A program made the position numbers and the translations under genes. The notes beneath the pieces were generated by a model that was given only the letters and a program-made list of their open reading frames with translations, was not told the origin of the DNA and searched no databases. A stretch of DNA of 64,000 bases, from assembly GCF_000745895.1 (NCBI RefSeq), contig NZ_KN050773.1, positions 4,392-68,391 of the forward strand, written 5' to 3'. The stretch is from Stenoxybacter acetivorans DSM 19021. GTDB taxonomy: Bacteria; Pseudomonadota; Gammaproteobacteria; Burkholderiales; Neisseriaceae. Positions 50,782 through 62,849 of this stretch are shown in pieces; within the stretch, counting starts at the first letter, position 1; each line of letters begins with the position of its first letter.

Positions 50782-52467
50782 ATGAGTATCGGTTTACTGC
50801 GCGTATTATACCAACACAAAATCATCAGTTCGGAGCAAGCCGAAAAGCTGCGGGAATCTTTAGAAAAAAATCCCAACATGATGCCGGAATTATTTAAATC
50901 CGGTGCCATTGACCCACTGAAACTTGCGATATTTTTGTCGCAAACCTTTCATTTTCCGCTGCTGGATTTACATAACTATAATCAAAGTTTATTGATAAAC
51001 GGTATATTAACCACCGATCAAATGCGCAGTAATCGCTGTGTGCCGATATTCAAGCGCGGCAGCCATTTATTTTTGGCAGTATCTGACCCGACCCCGATTC
51101 AAGCCTATCAAAAACTGGCGTTCACTGTCCAATTAAGCGCGGATTTGGTGATTGTTCAAGACAATCAGCTCAACCAGCTTTTGGAAAATCTTGACGACCG
51201 ATCATCTGCATTAATGGGTGAATTAGGCAGCATGTCCGGTTTGTCGGAGGTATCCAATCAAGTAGCCAATGCCGATGAAGCCACTGAAGAAGACGGTCCG
51301 ATTTCTCGTTTTGTTTACAAAATGTTGTCTGATGCCTTAAACAACGGCGCATCGGATATTCATTTTGAGTTTTACGAAGAAATGGCTCGGGTGCGTTTCC
51401 GCATTGACGGTCAGCTCAAAGAAGTGGCACGCATGCCCTTAAATATCCGCGACCAAGTTGCTTCACGCATCAAAGTAATGTCAAAAATGGATATTTCTGA
51501 AAAACGAGTACCGCAAGACGGGCGGATTCGTTTGCAGTTTAAGTCCAGTGCCAAGCCCATTGATTTTCGTGTAAACACCTTGCCCACGCTGTTTGGCGAA
51601 AAAATCGTAATGCGTATTTTGAATTCCGATGCCGGTATGCTGCAAGTGGATCAGCTGGGTTTTGAGCCGTTCCAAAAAGAATTGCTGATGGAAGCGGTTA
51701 ATTTACCCTATGGCATGGTGTTGGTGGTGGGACCAACGGGTTCAGGTAAAACCGTTACCCTCTATACCTGTTTGAATATTCTCAACACCGAAGACATTAA
51801 TATTTCCACAGCCGAAGACCCTGCCGAGATTAATTTGCCCGGCATCAACCAAGTAAATATGAATGACAAACAAGGGCTGACTTTTGCCTCTGCCTTGAAA
51901 GCGTTTTTACGGCAAGATCCTGATGTCATTATGATTGGTGAGATTCGCGATTTGGAAACCGCCGATATTGCCATTAAAGCCGCGTCAACCGGTCATATGG
52001 TATTTTCTACCTTACACACCAACAATGCACCGGCAACCTTATCGCGCATGTTAAACATGGGTGTTGCTCCGTTTAACATTGCCAGCGCAGTGAGCCTGAT
52101 TGTGGCGCAGCGGTTGGCACGGCGGCTGTGTTCCTGCAAAGCACCCATGGAACGCCCGCCGGAATTTGCACTGAAAAAAGCCGGCTTCAATGACGAAGAC
52201 TTGGCAAAAGAATGGACAATGTACCGCGCTGTCGGCTGTGATCGCTGCAAGGGTAAAGGTTATAAAGGACGTGCCGGTATTTATGAAGTGCTGAAAATCA
52301 CGCCGTCTGTGCAAGAAATTATCATGAACAACGGCAATGAAGTGGATATTCGCAGACAGGCTTTAAAAGAAGGCTTTGTGGAAATGCGCCGTGCGGGTTT
52401 GCTGAAAGTCATGCAAGGCGTTACCACTTTAGAAGAAGTAATCGCCACCACCAATGACAATGAATAA
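50782..52467 (+). CDS. pilF: type IV pilus assembly ATPase (PilF in Neisseria nomenclature; PilB/GspE family)
   Basis: VGPTGSGKT Walker A; tetracysteine motif CSC...C.RC. Confidence 0.85.
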   Translation: MSIGLLRVLYQHKIISSEQAEKLRESLEKNPNMMPELFKSGAIDPLKLAIFLSQTFHFPLLDLHNYNQSLLINGILTTDQMRSNRCVPIFKRGSHLFLAVSDPTPIQAYQKLAFTVQLSADLVIVQDNQLNQLLENLDDRSSALMGELGSMSGLSEVSNQVANADEATEEDGPISRFVYKMLSDALNNGASDIHFEFYEEMARVRFRIDGQLKEVARMPLNIRDQVASRIKVMSKMDISEKRVPQDGRIRLQFKSSAKPIDFRVNTLPTLFGEKIVMRILNSDAGMLQVDQLGFEPFQKELLMEAVNLPYGMVLVVGPTGSGKTVTLYTCLNILNTEDINISTAEDPAEINLPGINQVNMNDKQGLTFASALKAFLRQDPDVIMIGEIRDLETADIAIKAASTGHMVFSTLHTNNAPATLSRMLNMGVAPFNIASAVSLIVAQRLARRLCSCKAPMERPPEFALKKAGFNDEDLAKEWTMYRAVGCDRCKGKGYKGRAGIYEVLKITPSVQEIIMNNGNEVDIRRQALKEGFVEMRRAGLLKVMQGVTTLEEVIATTNDNE

Positions 52468-52476
52468 ACAATAACA

Positions 52477-52514
52477 AAAAAACGCGGGTAACTAAATATT
52501 GCCCGCGTTTTTTG
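52477..52514 (+). terminator. rho-independent terminator after pilF
   Basis: aacgcgggtaactaaatattgcccgcgtt followed by ttttg. Confidence 0.7.
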
Positions 52515-52797
52515 TTGCCCCAATACCAATCATTTACACGTCATGGTCTGGGCTCGGTATTCTACCGAACGCAAACCTTTTCATTTCAGGCTTATTCTTT
52601 CGTTGTTTCAGCAAAGATTAAAGTTAAGCCGCAAAAAACGAACGATTACCCGCCTGTTAATGCCCTGAACCACAAACATTGATTGACTTTTGACATTCTC
52701 AATATAGAATTAGAAATTCAAGTGCAACAATGCGGTAACACATTATTTTTTCAGGCAGCCTGATGTCTGAAAATCATGATTGGATTTATCAATACGT

Positions 52798-54039
52798 ATG
52801 CAAATTTATCTGGTGGGCGGCGCAGTACGCGATGAACTTTTGGGCTTGCCTCAAACGGATTGCGACTGGGTGGTGGTGGGTGCAAATGCCGAGATGATGG
52901 TGTCGCGCGGATTCATACCCGTCGGCAAAGATTTTCCTGTATTTCTACACCCGCAAACCCATGAAGAATATGCGCTGGCAAGAACCGAGCGCAAAACCGC
53001 TGCCGGTTACGCCGGTTTCCAATTCTATGCAGACAGCAGCGTTACTTTAGAACAAGATTTACTGCGCCGTGATTTCACCATCAACGCCATGGCGAAAGAC
53101 GAAAACGGCACACTCATCGACCCTTACGGCGGACAGGCAGATTTACAAGCAGGGATATTGCGCCACGTCAGCCCTGCTTTTGCCGAAGACCCCGTGCGTA
53201 TTTTGCGGGCGGCGCGTTTTGCCGCACGTTATGATTTTGAAATTGCCGCCGATACCATGCAATTGATGCGCAATATGGTTGCCGACGGTGAAGCCGATGC
53301 TTTGGTTGCCGAGCGGGTGTGGCAGGAATTTGCCAAAGGTTTAATGGAAAAACAAGCCGCGCGCATGATAACGGTATTGCACGATTGCGGCGCATTGGCG
53401 GTGCTGCTGCCTGAAGTAAATGCACTGTTCGGCGTGCCTCAGCCGGCGAATCACCACCCTGAAATTGATTGCGGCATTCACACTTTAATGACATTGCAAA
53501 CCGCCGCCGATTTAAATTTAAGTCTGCCTGAACGCTACGCCGCCCTGCTGCACGACGTGGGCAAAGCATTAACACCGCCGCATATTTTGCCTCATCATCA
53601 CGGGCATGATTTGGCGGGAGAAAAATCGGTAATCAATATAAACCACCGCTGGCGTGTACCCAAACAATGCGCCGAATGCGCACAACTGGCGTGTGTGTGG
53701 CATATCCGCATTCATTCGGTTGCACACCTGAAACCGAAAACCATCTTGAACATATTGAAAAAAACCGATGCTTTCCGCCGTCCGCAGCGATTTATTCATG
53801 TTTTGAACGTGTGTCTGGCAGACGTACGCGGACGCAAAAATAAAGAAAATACACCCTATCCGCAGCGGCAGCATTGGTTAAACCTGCTTCAGGTAGCCTC
53901 AAACATAGACACCCGCGCCATTGCCGCTGCCCAAGACCCGAAAAACATTGCCGCTGCCATTGAGCAAGCGCGGTTGGCACAAATTAAACCGATACAATTG
54001 GCTTATCAACACAGTATCAAAACGGAAAACCCTGTATGA
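52798..54039 (+). CDS. cca: multifunctional CCA-adding tRNA nucleotidyltransferase (with HD domain)
   Basis: MQIYLVGGAVRDELLG followed by a DxD motif; HD domain with HD..GK. Confidence 0.85.
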   Translation: MQIYLVGGAVRDELLGLPQTDCDWVVVGANAEMMVSRGFIPVGKDFPVFLHPQTHEEYALARTERKTAAGYAGFQFYADSSVTLEQDLLRRDFTINAMAKDENGTLIDPYGGQADLQAGILRHVSPAFAEDPVRILRAARFAARYDFEIAADTMQLMRNMVADGEADALVAERVWQEFAKGLMEKQAARMITVLHDCGALAVLLPEVNALFGVPQPANHHPEIDCGIHTLMTLQTAADLNLSLPERYAALLHDVGKALTPPHILPHHHGHDLAGEKSVININHRWRVPKQCAECAQLACVWHIRIHSVAHLKPKTILNILKKTDAFRRPQRFIHVLNVCLADVRGRKNKENTPYPQRQHWLNLLQVASNIDTRAIAAAQDPKNIAAAIEQARLAQIKPIQLAYQHSIKTENPV

Positions 54040-56615
54040 GCGCGCCTTTGCCCTGCAAAACCTGCCAAGCCGTGGCACAAGAATTAACACAAAAAAAACA
54101 GCAAATTATCCAAAATTACTTGAATAAGCGGCGAATCTCGGTGTTTTTTCAGCAATCCATTAAAGCCTTGGAATATGCTTTGGCGGTATTGTGGCAAGAA
54201 TGGTTTCATCATGATGAAATGTGTTTACTCGCCACCGGCGGCTTCGGGCGCGGTGAAATTTATCCTTATTCTGATTTAGATTTGGCAATTGTTACCGCCA
54301 ACGCACCTGATGCCGACTTGCAAGAGCGCATTGCCACCTTTGTTCAAGCCTTATGGGACATGAATCTGATGCCCGCCGCCAAAATCGGCACAGTTGCCGA
54401 ATTGTGTATCAGTGCGCATGAAGATTTAACCGGCGATACCGCGTTTTTGGAAAGCCGTTTTATTTGCGGTAAACACCAATTGGCAGATCGGCTCATCAGC
54501 TGTCTCAATCAACAGCGCGATGTTGCCGTCTTTATTGAAGGTAAATTACTGGAACAGCAGCAGCGCTACAATAAAGCACAGGGTTCAGCCAGCCAGCTGG
54601 AAGCCAATGTCAAAACCGCACCGGGCGGCTTGCGCGATATTCATACCATGATGTGGCTGGCACAAGTGCAAGGCATACGCCCGAATTTTCATTATTTGGT
54701 GCAACAACATATTCTTACTCGCAATGAAGCGGCATTGCTGATTCACAGCCACCGCCAGCTGGCAAAAATCCGCATTGATTTGCACTTGGTTGCGGGGCGC
54801 GCCGAAGAACGGCTGATTTTCGACTTGCAAAGCCAAGTGGCACAAAACATGGGATTTCAAGACGACAATAAATACCGCAAAAGCGAAAAACTGATGCACG
54901 TGTTTTATCGTGCTACCAAATCCGTTAAGCAGCTGAACGACATTATTCTGCCGATGCTGCGCGGACGCGTTTATTCCGTATTGCCGCGCATCACCTCACG
55001 TATTGATGAAAATTATTATCAAGTCAATGGCTTATTGGCAGTTGATGACAAAAAACTGTTCCAAAAAAAACCTTCTCATATTTTTCAGGCAGCCGCATTA
55101 TTGCAGCAGCACCCTGAAGTCAGCGGTATGGCACCGCAAACCCTGCGCGGCTGGTGGGGCGCGGCGCAAACCGTGGGTGCGGATTTTTACCAAAACATCG
55201 ACAACCGCCGCTTATTTATCGGCTTTTTCAAACACGGCAGCGGCTTAACCCATTTGCTGCGCTTCTTAAATTTATACGGCGTATTGGGGCGGTATCTGCC
55301 CGCTTGGCAAAAAATTGTCGGACTGTTGCAGCACGATTTATTTCATATTTATCCCGTTGATGACCACATCTTAATGGTGGTGCGCAATATGCGCCGTTTG
55401 GCAATGGACGAACACAGCCACGAATTGCCGTTTGCCTCCGGTTTGATGTATTCCTTTGAAGAAAAACACCTGTTGTATCTGGCGGCTTTTTTTCACGACA
55501 TCGCCAAAGGGCGCGGCGGTGATCATGCCGTTGAAGGCGTTGCCGATGCCCGACGTTTTGCCGAAGATCATTTTTTAAATACCGAAGAAACCGATTTATT
55601 GACATGGCTGGTGGAAGATCACCTGTTGATGTCGGCAACCGCACAAAAAGAAGACATTCAAGACGCTGCCGTGATTGCCAAATTCTGCAACCGCGTCAAA
55701 ACCCGCCGTCGGCTCACCGCCCTGTATTTACTCACCGTTGCCGATATTCGCGGCACCAACCCAAAAATCTGGAACAGCTGGAAAGCCGGATTGCTGGAAA
55801 ACCTGTTTCAAGCAGCCTTAAAAGTATTGTCAGGCGAGCAGCACGACCAAACCGTTGTCGTCAGCAACCGCCAGCAACGCGCCTTAAACGAATTAAGCCG
55901 CCTGAATATTCAAGAGCAGCAACAGCGTCAATTGTGGAAAATTTTAGGCAAAGCCTATTTTGTGCGCCACGAAATGCAAGAAATTCTCTGGCATTTACCC
56001 TTTTTGATTAATCACGAGCACGAAGCACAAGCCCACATCCGTTTATTGCCCGGCAACGATGCCATGCAAGTCATGGTGTATCTGCCCAACCGTGAAAAAC
56101 TGTTTGCCTGCTTGTGTACCATTTTCAGCCGCCACGATTTAAACATTCTCGCCGCCCGCGCCCACATTACCGAACACGATTTCATCTTGGATACTTTTAT
56201 TATCGGGCTGCCTGAAGGCTGCCAGCCACATGATCTCCAACGCCTACAGCGCCGCGTACAAGAATCGTTAAACCAATTTATCAGCACACCCAACCAAACC
56301 GCTCTGTGCAACCCAATCCAAAAATCCATCGGACGGCGCAGCCGCCATTTGCCGATTGCCCCGCAAGTGGAAATTACACCCGAAGAAGACAAAACCGGCT
56401 GGTACATCTTAGAAATCATCACATTTAACCGACGCTATTTATTGGCAAATATTGCCGAAATTTTGGCGGAAATGAACATCAGCCTGAAATACGCCAAAAT
56501 CGCCACCTTAGACGAACGTGTGGAAGACAGTTTTCTGATTTACGCACCGCAGCTGGAAAACCCCGCTCACCAGCTGGCATTAAAACAAGCATTGCTCAGC
56601 AAAATGAGCCAATAA
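54036..56615 (+). CDS. glnD: [protein-PII] uridylyltransferase/uridylyl-removing enzyme
   Basis: GGFGRGE..P.SDLDL nucleotidyltransferase motif; HD domain; two ACT domains; 859 aa. Confidence 0.9.
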   Translation: MSAPLPCKTCQAVAQELTQKKQQIIQNYLNKRRISVFFQQSIKALEYALAVLWQEWFHHDEMCLLATGGFGRGEIYPYSDLDLAIVTANAPDADLQERIATFVQALWDMNLMPAAKIGTVAELCISAHEDLTGDTAFLESRFICGKHQLADRLISCLNQQRDVAVFIEGKLLEQQQRYNKAQGSASQLEANVKTAPGGLRDIHTMMWLAQVQGIRPNFHYLVQQHILTRNEAALLIHSHRQLAKIRIDLHLVAGRAEERLIFDLQSQVAQNMGFQDDNKYRKSEKLMHVFYRATKSVKQLNDIILPMLRGRVYSVLPRITSRIDENYYQVNGLLAVDDKKLFQKKPSHIFQAAALLQQHPEVSGMAPQTLRGWWGAAQTVGADFYQNIDNRRLFIGFFKHGSGLTHLLRFLNLYGVLGRYLPAWQKIVGLLQHDLFHIYPVDDHILMVVRNMRRLAMDEHSHELPFASGLMYSFEEKHLLYLAAFFHDIAKGRGGDHAVEGVADARRFAEDHFLNTEETDLLTWLVEDHLLMSATAQKEDIQDAAVIAKFCNRVKTRRRLTALYLLTVADIRGTNPKIWNSWKAGLLENLFQAALKVLSGEQHDQTVVVSNRQQRALNELSRLNIQEQQQRQLWKILGKAYFVRHEMQEILWHLPFLINHEHEAQAHIRLLPGNDAMQVMVYLPNREKLFACLCTIFSRHDLNILAARAHITEHDFILDTFIIGLPEGCQPHDLQRLQRRVQESLNQFISTPNQTALCNPIQKSIGRRSRHLPIAPQVEITPEEDKTGWYILEIITFNRRYLLANIAEILAEMNISLKYAKIATLDERVEDSFLIYAPQLENPAHQLALKQALLSKMSQ

Positions 56616-56637
56616 TCCCAATCGAACAGGTTCACCC

Positions 56638-57522
56638 TTGAATAAATCCAACCAAGCCCAAATCATCGCCAATTATGGCCGCCGTTTTATTGTACGCACT
56701 GCCGACAATACGGTTTACGAAGCCACTGCACGCAAAAAACGTGTGGATTTTGCCTGCGGCGATTGGGTACACATCGGACGCATCAATCAAGAACAAGTGG
56801 TTATCGAAGATTATTTACCGCGAAAAAACCTGCTCTATCGGCAAGACCAAACCCGCAGCAAATTAATTGCCGCCAACGTCAGCCAAGTATTGATTGTTCT
56901 CGCTGCCAGCCCCACGCCCAGCGAAACATTATTGCAGCGGGCATTATTGGCAGCCGAAGCGGCACACATACAGCCGATTATCGCCCTCAACAAAGCCGAT
57001 TTGCCGCAAACCGAAAAATGGCAGCAAAAACTCGCGTTTTACCAACAGTTTTACCCCGTATTAGCACTCAGTGCCCTAGACAATATTGATGTTTTACTGC
57101 CGATATTAGATCGGCAATGCACCATTCTGCTCGGTCAATCCGGCATGGGTAAATCCACACTCATCAACGCCTTATTGGGAACAGATACTGCTCGCGTCGG
57201 CATCATTTCCGATGCACTTGATTCAGGCAAGCACACCACCACCCACGCTCAATTGTATGACTTGGACAACAGTAGCCAACTGATTGATTCCCCGGGTTTG
57301 CAAGCCTTTGGTTTGCATCACCTGAATGCAGTTGATTTACTCAGCTATTTCCCTGACATGCGTCATTTAATCGGAAAATGCCGTTTTCACAACTGCACCC
57401 ACCAAAAAGAACCCGATTGTGCAGTCAAAACCGCTACCGAAAACGGCTTGATTTCACCGATTCGTCTGACGTTTTTGCAAAGCATCACCCAAGAATTAAA
57501 CGGAAAAGAAAATAAATGGTGA
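56638..57522 (+). CDS. rsgA: ribosome small-subunit-dependent GTPase A
   Basis: LLGQSGMGKSTLINAL P-loop; C-terminal zinc finger C..H.C.H..EP.C. Confidence 0.85.
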   Translation: MNKSNQAQIIANYGRRFIVRTADNTVYEATARKKRVDFACGDWVHIGRINQEQVVIEDYLPRKNLLYRQDQTRSKLIAANVSQVLIVLAASPTPSETLLQRALLAAEAAHIQPIIALNKADLPQTEKWQQKLAFYQQFYPVLALSALDNIDVLLPILDRQCTILLGQSGMGKSTLINALLGTDTARVGIISDALDSGKHTTTHAQLYDLDNSSQLIDSPGLQAFGLHHLNAVDLLSYFPDMRHLIGKCRFHNCTHQKEPDCAVKTATENGLISPIRLTFLQSITQELNGKENKW

Positions 57523-57694
57523 TGCCTTTCCTATTCAGGCTGCCTGAAAAACATCAAAGCATCTTAAATAACATTTAAATCAAATAGATAATTTGGATTT
57601 AACATCGCATATCCATCGCTTTCAGGCAGCCTGAACGGTTCTGGGCTATAATTTCTGATTACACATTTAACTTTGCTTAATACAACCATTCACC

Positions 57695-60544
57695 ATGCAA
57701 AACAATCAATATTCTCCCGCCGACATTGAAACCCGCCTTTACAATATTTGGGAAAAAAACGGCTCTTTCCAACCCAATATGGATTTGTCTGAAAAAGCAT
57801 TTTCCATTCAATTACCGCCGCCGAATGTAACCGGCACATTGCACATGGGGCATGCGTTTAACCAAACGATTATGGACGGATTGACACGTTATCACCGCAT
57901 GAAAAGCGAAAATGTATGCTGGATTCCGGGTTCGGATCACGCAGGTATTGCCACACAAATTGTGGTGGAACGGCAGCTGGGTGAACAAGGCATCAGCCGC
58001 CATGATTTGGGACGAGCGGCATTTCTGGAAAAAATATGGGCGTGGAAAGCCGTTTCCGGCAGCACAATTACCGAACAAATGCGCCGCGTTGGCTGTTCGG
58101 TGGATTGGAGCCGCGAATACTTCACCATGGACGACACCCGCGCCGCAGCGGTTACCGAAGTATTTGTGCGCCTGTTTGAACAAGGCTTGATTTACCGCGG
58201 CAAACGCTTGGTAAACTGGGACCCTGTTCTCGGCACGGCGGTATCGGATTTGGAAGTAGAGAGCATCGAAGAACAAGGCAGCATGTGGCACATTCGCTAT
58301 CCCTTGGCAGACAATCCCAAAGAAGCCTTAATCGTGGCAACCACACGCCCCGAAACCATGCTGGGCGACGTAGCCGTAGCGGTACACCCCGATGACGAAC
58401 GCTATGCCCATCTAATCGGCAAACAACTCATACTGCCGCTCACGGGGCGCACCATTCCCGTGATTGCCGATGAATACGTTGATAAAGCATTTGGCACAGG
58501 CTGCGTGAAAATCACACCGGCGCACGATTTTAATGACTACGAAGTCGGCAAACGCCACCAAACCGAATTAATTAATGTATTTGATTTAACAGCAAAAGTA
58601 TTGAGAAATGCCGAAGTCTTTAACTTCAGCGGACAGCAAACCGACAGCATCAGGCTGCCTGAAGCCTATGCAGGCTTAGACCGTTTTGCTGCCCGCAAAC
58701 AATTGGTTGCAGACTTGGAAGCAGGCGGCTTTCTGGCAGAAGTGAAAGCACATACGCTGATGACACCCAAGGGCGACCGCACCGGCAGCGTGATTGAACC
58801 CATGCTCACCAGCCAATGGTTTGTTGCCATGACGGCTGCACCACAACAAAATTGCCCGCACCCCGAACCGCAATCCGAATTCACGGGCATGAGCTTGGCA
58901 CAAAAAGCCAAACACGCCATTGACAGCGGACAAGTGCGCTTTATTCCTGAAAACTGGGTCAATACCTACAATCAATGGATGAACAACATTCAAGATTGGT
59001 GTATTTCTCGGCAATTGTGGTGGGGACACCAAATTCCGGCATGGTATGACGATAACGGCAACATCTATGTGGCACGAACAGAGGCCGAAGCACAGCGGCA
59101 AGCCGGTGAAAATATCCATTTGCGCCGCGATGAAGACGTATTGGACACATGGTTTTCTTCCGCGCTCGTGCCGTTTTCCACTTTGGGCTGGCCAGCCGAC
59201 ACCGCCGAATTACGCGCCTTTTTGCCATCAAATGTATTGGTAACCGGCTACGAAATCATCTTTTTCTGGGTAGCGCGCATGATAATGATGACCACCCACT
59301 TCACCGGAAAAATACCGTTTCACGATGTGTATATCCACGGCATGGTGCGCGATCATGAAGGCAAAAAAATGTCTAAGTCGGAAGGCAACGTGATTGACCC
59401 CGTGGACTTAATCGACGGCATTGATTTAGACAAGCTGTTAATTAAACGCACCACCGGTTTACGCCGCCCTGAAAAGGCCCCGCAAGTCAAAAAAGCCACC
59501 GAAAAACTGTTTCCCGAAGGCATTCCTGTTTTCGGCGCAGATGCACTGCGCTTCACCATGGCAAGCTATGCCAGCCTTGGACGCAACATCAATTTTGATT
59601 TCAAACGTGCCGAAGGCTACCGAAATTTCTGCAACAAATTGTGGAATGCCGCCCGTTTTGTACTGATGAATATTGAAGGCAAAGACTGCGGACAAGACGA
59701 AAATCTGCCCTTAGCATTCAGCTTTGTTGATGAATGGCTGATTTCACGCTTACAGCAAACAGAATCTGCCGTAACCCAAGCATTGGATACTTATCGCTTC
59801 GACATGGCGGCACAAACCCTGTATGAATTTGTGTGGAACGAATACTGCGATTGGTATTTGGAATTGGCAAAAGTGCAGTTACAAAACCCCGATGAAGCCG
59901 CACAACGCGCCACCCGCCGAACACTGGTGCGTGTTTTGGAAGTGGTGCTTCGTTTGCTGCACCCGATTATGCCCTTTATTACCGAAGAACTGTGGCAGCA
60001 CATCGCCCCGCTTGCCAACGCCAAACACAGCGACAGCATTATGCTGGCAACGTGGCCGCAAGCCAATCCCGCCAAAATTGTTCAACCGTCTTTGGATAAA
60101 ATGGCAAGTTTGCAAGACTTAATCGGCGCAGTGCGCAATTTGCGCGGAGAAATGGGCTTAGGCATGGGCGTAAAAGCCCCGCTGTGGATTGAGGGCGATG
60201 CCGCTTTTGATGACTTTTTACCTTATCTGCCACTGATGGCTCGCTTAAGCCAAGCCCACCGCACCGACAGGCTGCCTGAAAACAACGATGCACCCGTTGC
60301 CGTGTGTCAAGGCGCACGCTTAATGCTGCAAGTGGAAGTGGATAAAGCGGCAGAAACAGCGCGCTTAACAAAAGAAGCCGAAAAACTGCAAAAAGCCGTT
60401 GATAAAATCCAAACCAAGCTCGGCAAACCCGGCTACACCGACAAAGCACCTGCCCATTTGGTTGAAAAAGACCGCGCCGAATTGGCTGATTTACAAGAAA
60501 AATTGGAGAAAGTAGCGGCACAGTTGCAAAAATACGCAGTGTAA
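57695..60544 (+). CDS. valS: valine--tRNA ligase
   Basis: HMGH and KMSKS motifs; 949 aa with a coiled-coil C-terminus. Confidence 0.95.
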   Translation: MQNNQYSPADIETRLYNIWEKNGSFQPNMDLSEKAFSIQLPPPNVTGTLHMGHAFNQTIMDGLTRYHRMKSENVCWIPGSDHAGIATQIVVERQLGEQGISRHDLGRAAFLEKIWAWKAVSGSTITEQMRRVGCSVDWSREYFTMDDTRAAAVTEVFVRLFEQGLIYRGKRLVNWDPVLGTAVSDLEVESIEEQGSMWHIRYPLADNPKEALIVATTRPETMLGDVAVAVHPDDERYAHLIGKQLILPLTGRTIPVIADEYVDKAFGTGCVKITPAHDFNDYEVGKRHQTELINVFDLTAKVLRNAEVFNFSGQQTDSIRLPEAYAGLDRFAARKQLVADLEAGGFLAEVKAHTLMTPKGDRTGSVIEPMLTSQWFVAMTAAPQQNCPHPEPQSEFTGMSLAQKAKHAIDSGQVRFIPENWVNTYNQWMNNIQDWCISRQLWWGHQIPAWYDDNGNIYVARTEAEAQRQAGENIHLRRDEDVLDTWFSSALVPFSTLGWPADTAELRAFLPSNVLVTGYEIIFFWVARMIMMTTHFTGKIPFHDVYIHGMVRDHEGKKMSKSEGNVIDPVDLIDGIDLDKLLIKRTTGLRRPEKAPQVKKATEKLFPEGIPVFGADALRFTMASYASLGRNINFDFKRAEGYRNFCNKLWNAARFVLMNIEGKDCGQDENLPLAFSFVDEWLISRLQQTESAVTQALDTYRFDMAAQTLYEFVWNEYCDWYLELAKVQLQNPDEAAQRATRRTLVRVLEVVLRLLHPIMPFITEELWQHIAPLANAKHSDSIMLATWPQANPAKIVQPSLDKMASLQDLIGAVRNLRGEMGLGMGVKAPLWIEGDAAFDDFLPYLPLMARLSQAHRTDRLPENNDAPVAVCQGARLMLQVEVDKAAETARLTKEAEKLQKAVDKIQTKLGKPGYTDKAPAHLVEKDRAELADLQEKLEKVAAQLQKYAV

Positions 60545-60735
60545 TTCGTCATTTTTAAAGTGAAAAATCGGCGGCAAGCATCGTGCTGATGTTTTCAGGC
60601 AACCTGAAAAGTGAAAACACATTGATTGATTGCCTGTCTGCCGCCGCCATTTATTGTTTGCTGATGCGTTGCTTTTGCCGCGAATTGCCGCATTGAATCA
60701 CGCAACATCATATAATTTGCAGTATTGGTACATTT

Positions 60736-60750
60736 TTCAGGCAGCCTGAA
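60736..60750. repeat. DUS-like 15-mer
   Basis: ttcaggcagcctgaa. Confidence 0.9.
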
Positions 60751-60904
60751 AAATAAATTGAATAATTGATTATCTCTTAAATAACATAGATTTACATTAG
60801 CAACATACTTTTATCCACAATACAGTATTCCATTTTAACCTTTAACCTTGTGATGCAAACCGACTTTATATTCAACTGATTCTCAACACCAAGGATAAAC
60901 GCCT

Positions 60905-61966
60905 ATGCCGTCACTATTGCAAAATCTGCCTGAAAACCAAGCACTGGATATTGTGGGCGATGTGCATGGCGAGTGGACGGCTTTGGAAAATTTACTGCAT
61001 CACTTGGGCTACAATGAACAAGGCAAACATCCGCAAGGGCGAAAATTGGTATTTGTCGGCGATTTATGCGATCGCGGTCCCGACAGCCCCGCAGTACTGC
61101 ATTGGGTATTGAATGCGGTTGCCGCAGAACGGGCGTTTGCCATATTGGGCAATCATGAAATCAATTTACTGATTAACGATGCCAAAGACGGCTCAGGCTG
61201 GTTTTTCCCTGATCGCCCCCAAGACGAACAACGTTACGCACCTTGGCAGCACTATCCCGCAGAAAAACGCGCCGCATTGGTTGATGCCCTATCGGCATGG
61301 CCGCTGGTATTACAGCGAAGCGATTTGTGTGTGGTACATGCCGCTTGGCTGCCTGAAAGTTTGGCAAAAATCGCCGCTGCCGATTTACCGTTAATACCGC
61401 AATACCGCCGCTGGGAACAACAATTTCACGCCGCGTTTCACATCGGCGAATGGTTTGCAGACTACCAAACAGAGCAAACCGTTTTTCAGGTAGCCTTAGA
61501 AGACCCTGATTATGCCATGCCGTTTTTACCCGGGCAGGCACACTACGACTTGGCGCACAGCTTTGCCAACCCCATTCGCACCATTACCCGCGGCGCAGAA
61601 ACCTTATCTGCACAACCGTTTTACATGAACGGCCGCTGGCGTTTCACCGTGCGCCAACCGTGGTGGCATGATTACAGCGGCGGTACACCCATCATCATCG
61701 GACATTATTGGCGGCAATGGCAGCCAAGCATTGAACCGCATCATCGCAAAAAACTCATCACCGAAGAACCGCATCATTGGCTGGGAAAACACCACAATGT
61801 ATTTTGTGTTGATTTTTCTGTCGGCGCACGCTGGCGTGAGCGGCAAAAAAACATTGCACCCGCCCAAACACAATATCATCTGGCGGCACTGCGTTTACCC
61901 GAGCGGGTATTGATATTGGACAACGGACACATTGAAAAAACCAGTCAGCACTCATTGAAAGGATAG
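60905..61966 (+). CDS. calcineurin-like metallophosphoesterase (PPP-family Ser/Thr phosphatase / ApaH-like)
   Basis: GDVHG, GDLCDRG and GNHE motifs. Confidence 0.7.
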   Translation: MPSLLQNLPENQALDIVGDVHGEWTALENLLHHLGYNEQGKHPQGRKLVFVGDLCDRGPDSPAVLHWVLNAVAAERAFAILGNHEINLLINDAKDGSGWFFPDRPQDEQRYAPWQHYPAEKRAALVDALSAWPLVLQRSDLCVVHAAWLPESLAKIAAADLPLIPQYRRWEQQFHAAFHIGEWFADYQTEQTVFQVALEDPDYAMPFLPGQAHYDLAHSFANPIRTITRGAETLSAQPFYMNGRWRFTVRQPWWHDYSGGTPIIIGHYWRQWQPSIEPHHRKKLITEEPHHWLGKHHNVFCVDFSVGARWRERQKNIAPAQTQYHLAALRLPERVLILDNGHIEKTSQHSLKG

Positions 61967-61970
61967 CAAC

Positions 61971-62720
61971 ATGACCATTTTCATCACCGGCGCATCAGCC
62001 GGATTTGGTGCGGCAATGTGCCGCCGTTTTATACACGCAGGATACCGCGTTATCGGCGCGGCACGGCGAGCCGATAAATTAGCCGATTTACAAAATGAAT
62101 TGGGTAATTCCTTCCTGCCCTTGGTAATGGACGCAACGGATAAAAACAGCGTGGATACTGCCTTGTCAAATTTACACGGCGAATGGGCGGAAATTGATTT
62201 ATTGGTAAACAACGCCGGTTTGGCATTGGGCTTGGCACCGTCTCAGGAAGCTGATTTTGCCGACTGGGAAACCATGATACACACCAATATTTTGGGATTG
62301 GTGTACATTACCCGCCAAATTCTGCCGCGTATGGTGGCGCGCAACGCGGGCTATATTATTAACATCGGCTCTATTGCCGGCACATGGCCCTATCGCGGCG
62401 GCAATGTTTACGGCGCAAGCAAAGCCTTTGTGCGCCAATTCAGTTTAAACTTGCGCACCGATTTGGCAGGCACAAAAATCCGCGTCAGCAATATTGAGCC
62501 GGGCTTATGCGGCGATACCGAGTTTTCACAAATCCGTTTTAAAGGCAATACCGAACAAGCCGCAGCGGTTTATCAAAATGTGGATTATCTGCGCCCCGAA
62601 GACATTGCCGACACCGCCTTATGGCTCTACCAAACCCCGCCGCACATGAATGTAAACACCATTGAGATTATGCCGGTGGCACAAAGTTATGCGGGTATGA
62701 ATGTTTGCCGAAATGAATAA
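61971..62720 (+). CDS. SDR-family NADP-dependent oxidoreductase (YdfG-like)
   Basis: TGASAGFG Rossmann motif; YxxxK. Confidence 0.8.
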   Translation: MTIFITGASAGFGAAMCRRFIHAGYRVIGAARRADKLADLQNELGNSFLPLVMDATDKNSVDTALSNLHGEWAEIDLLVNNAGLALGLAPSQEADFADWETMIHTNILGLVYITRQILPRMVARNAGYIINIGSIAGTWPYRGGNVYGASKAFVRQFSLNLRTDLAGTKIRVSNIEPGLCGDTEFSQIRFKGNTEQAAAVYQNVDYLRPEDIADTALWLYQTPPHMNVNTIEIMPVAQSYAGMNVCRNE

Positions 62721-62849
62721 GTAAACAAACAGGAAAATCTACGCTTTCTGCCGTGATTTTGGGTAAATACGAAGCTACTGAAGCAGGGTGGCTTTGAATT
62801 TGGTTTCTGAAAAGTAAAAATGGGTTTGAGGTGAAAATAAGAGGTGTAA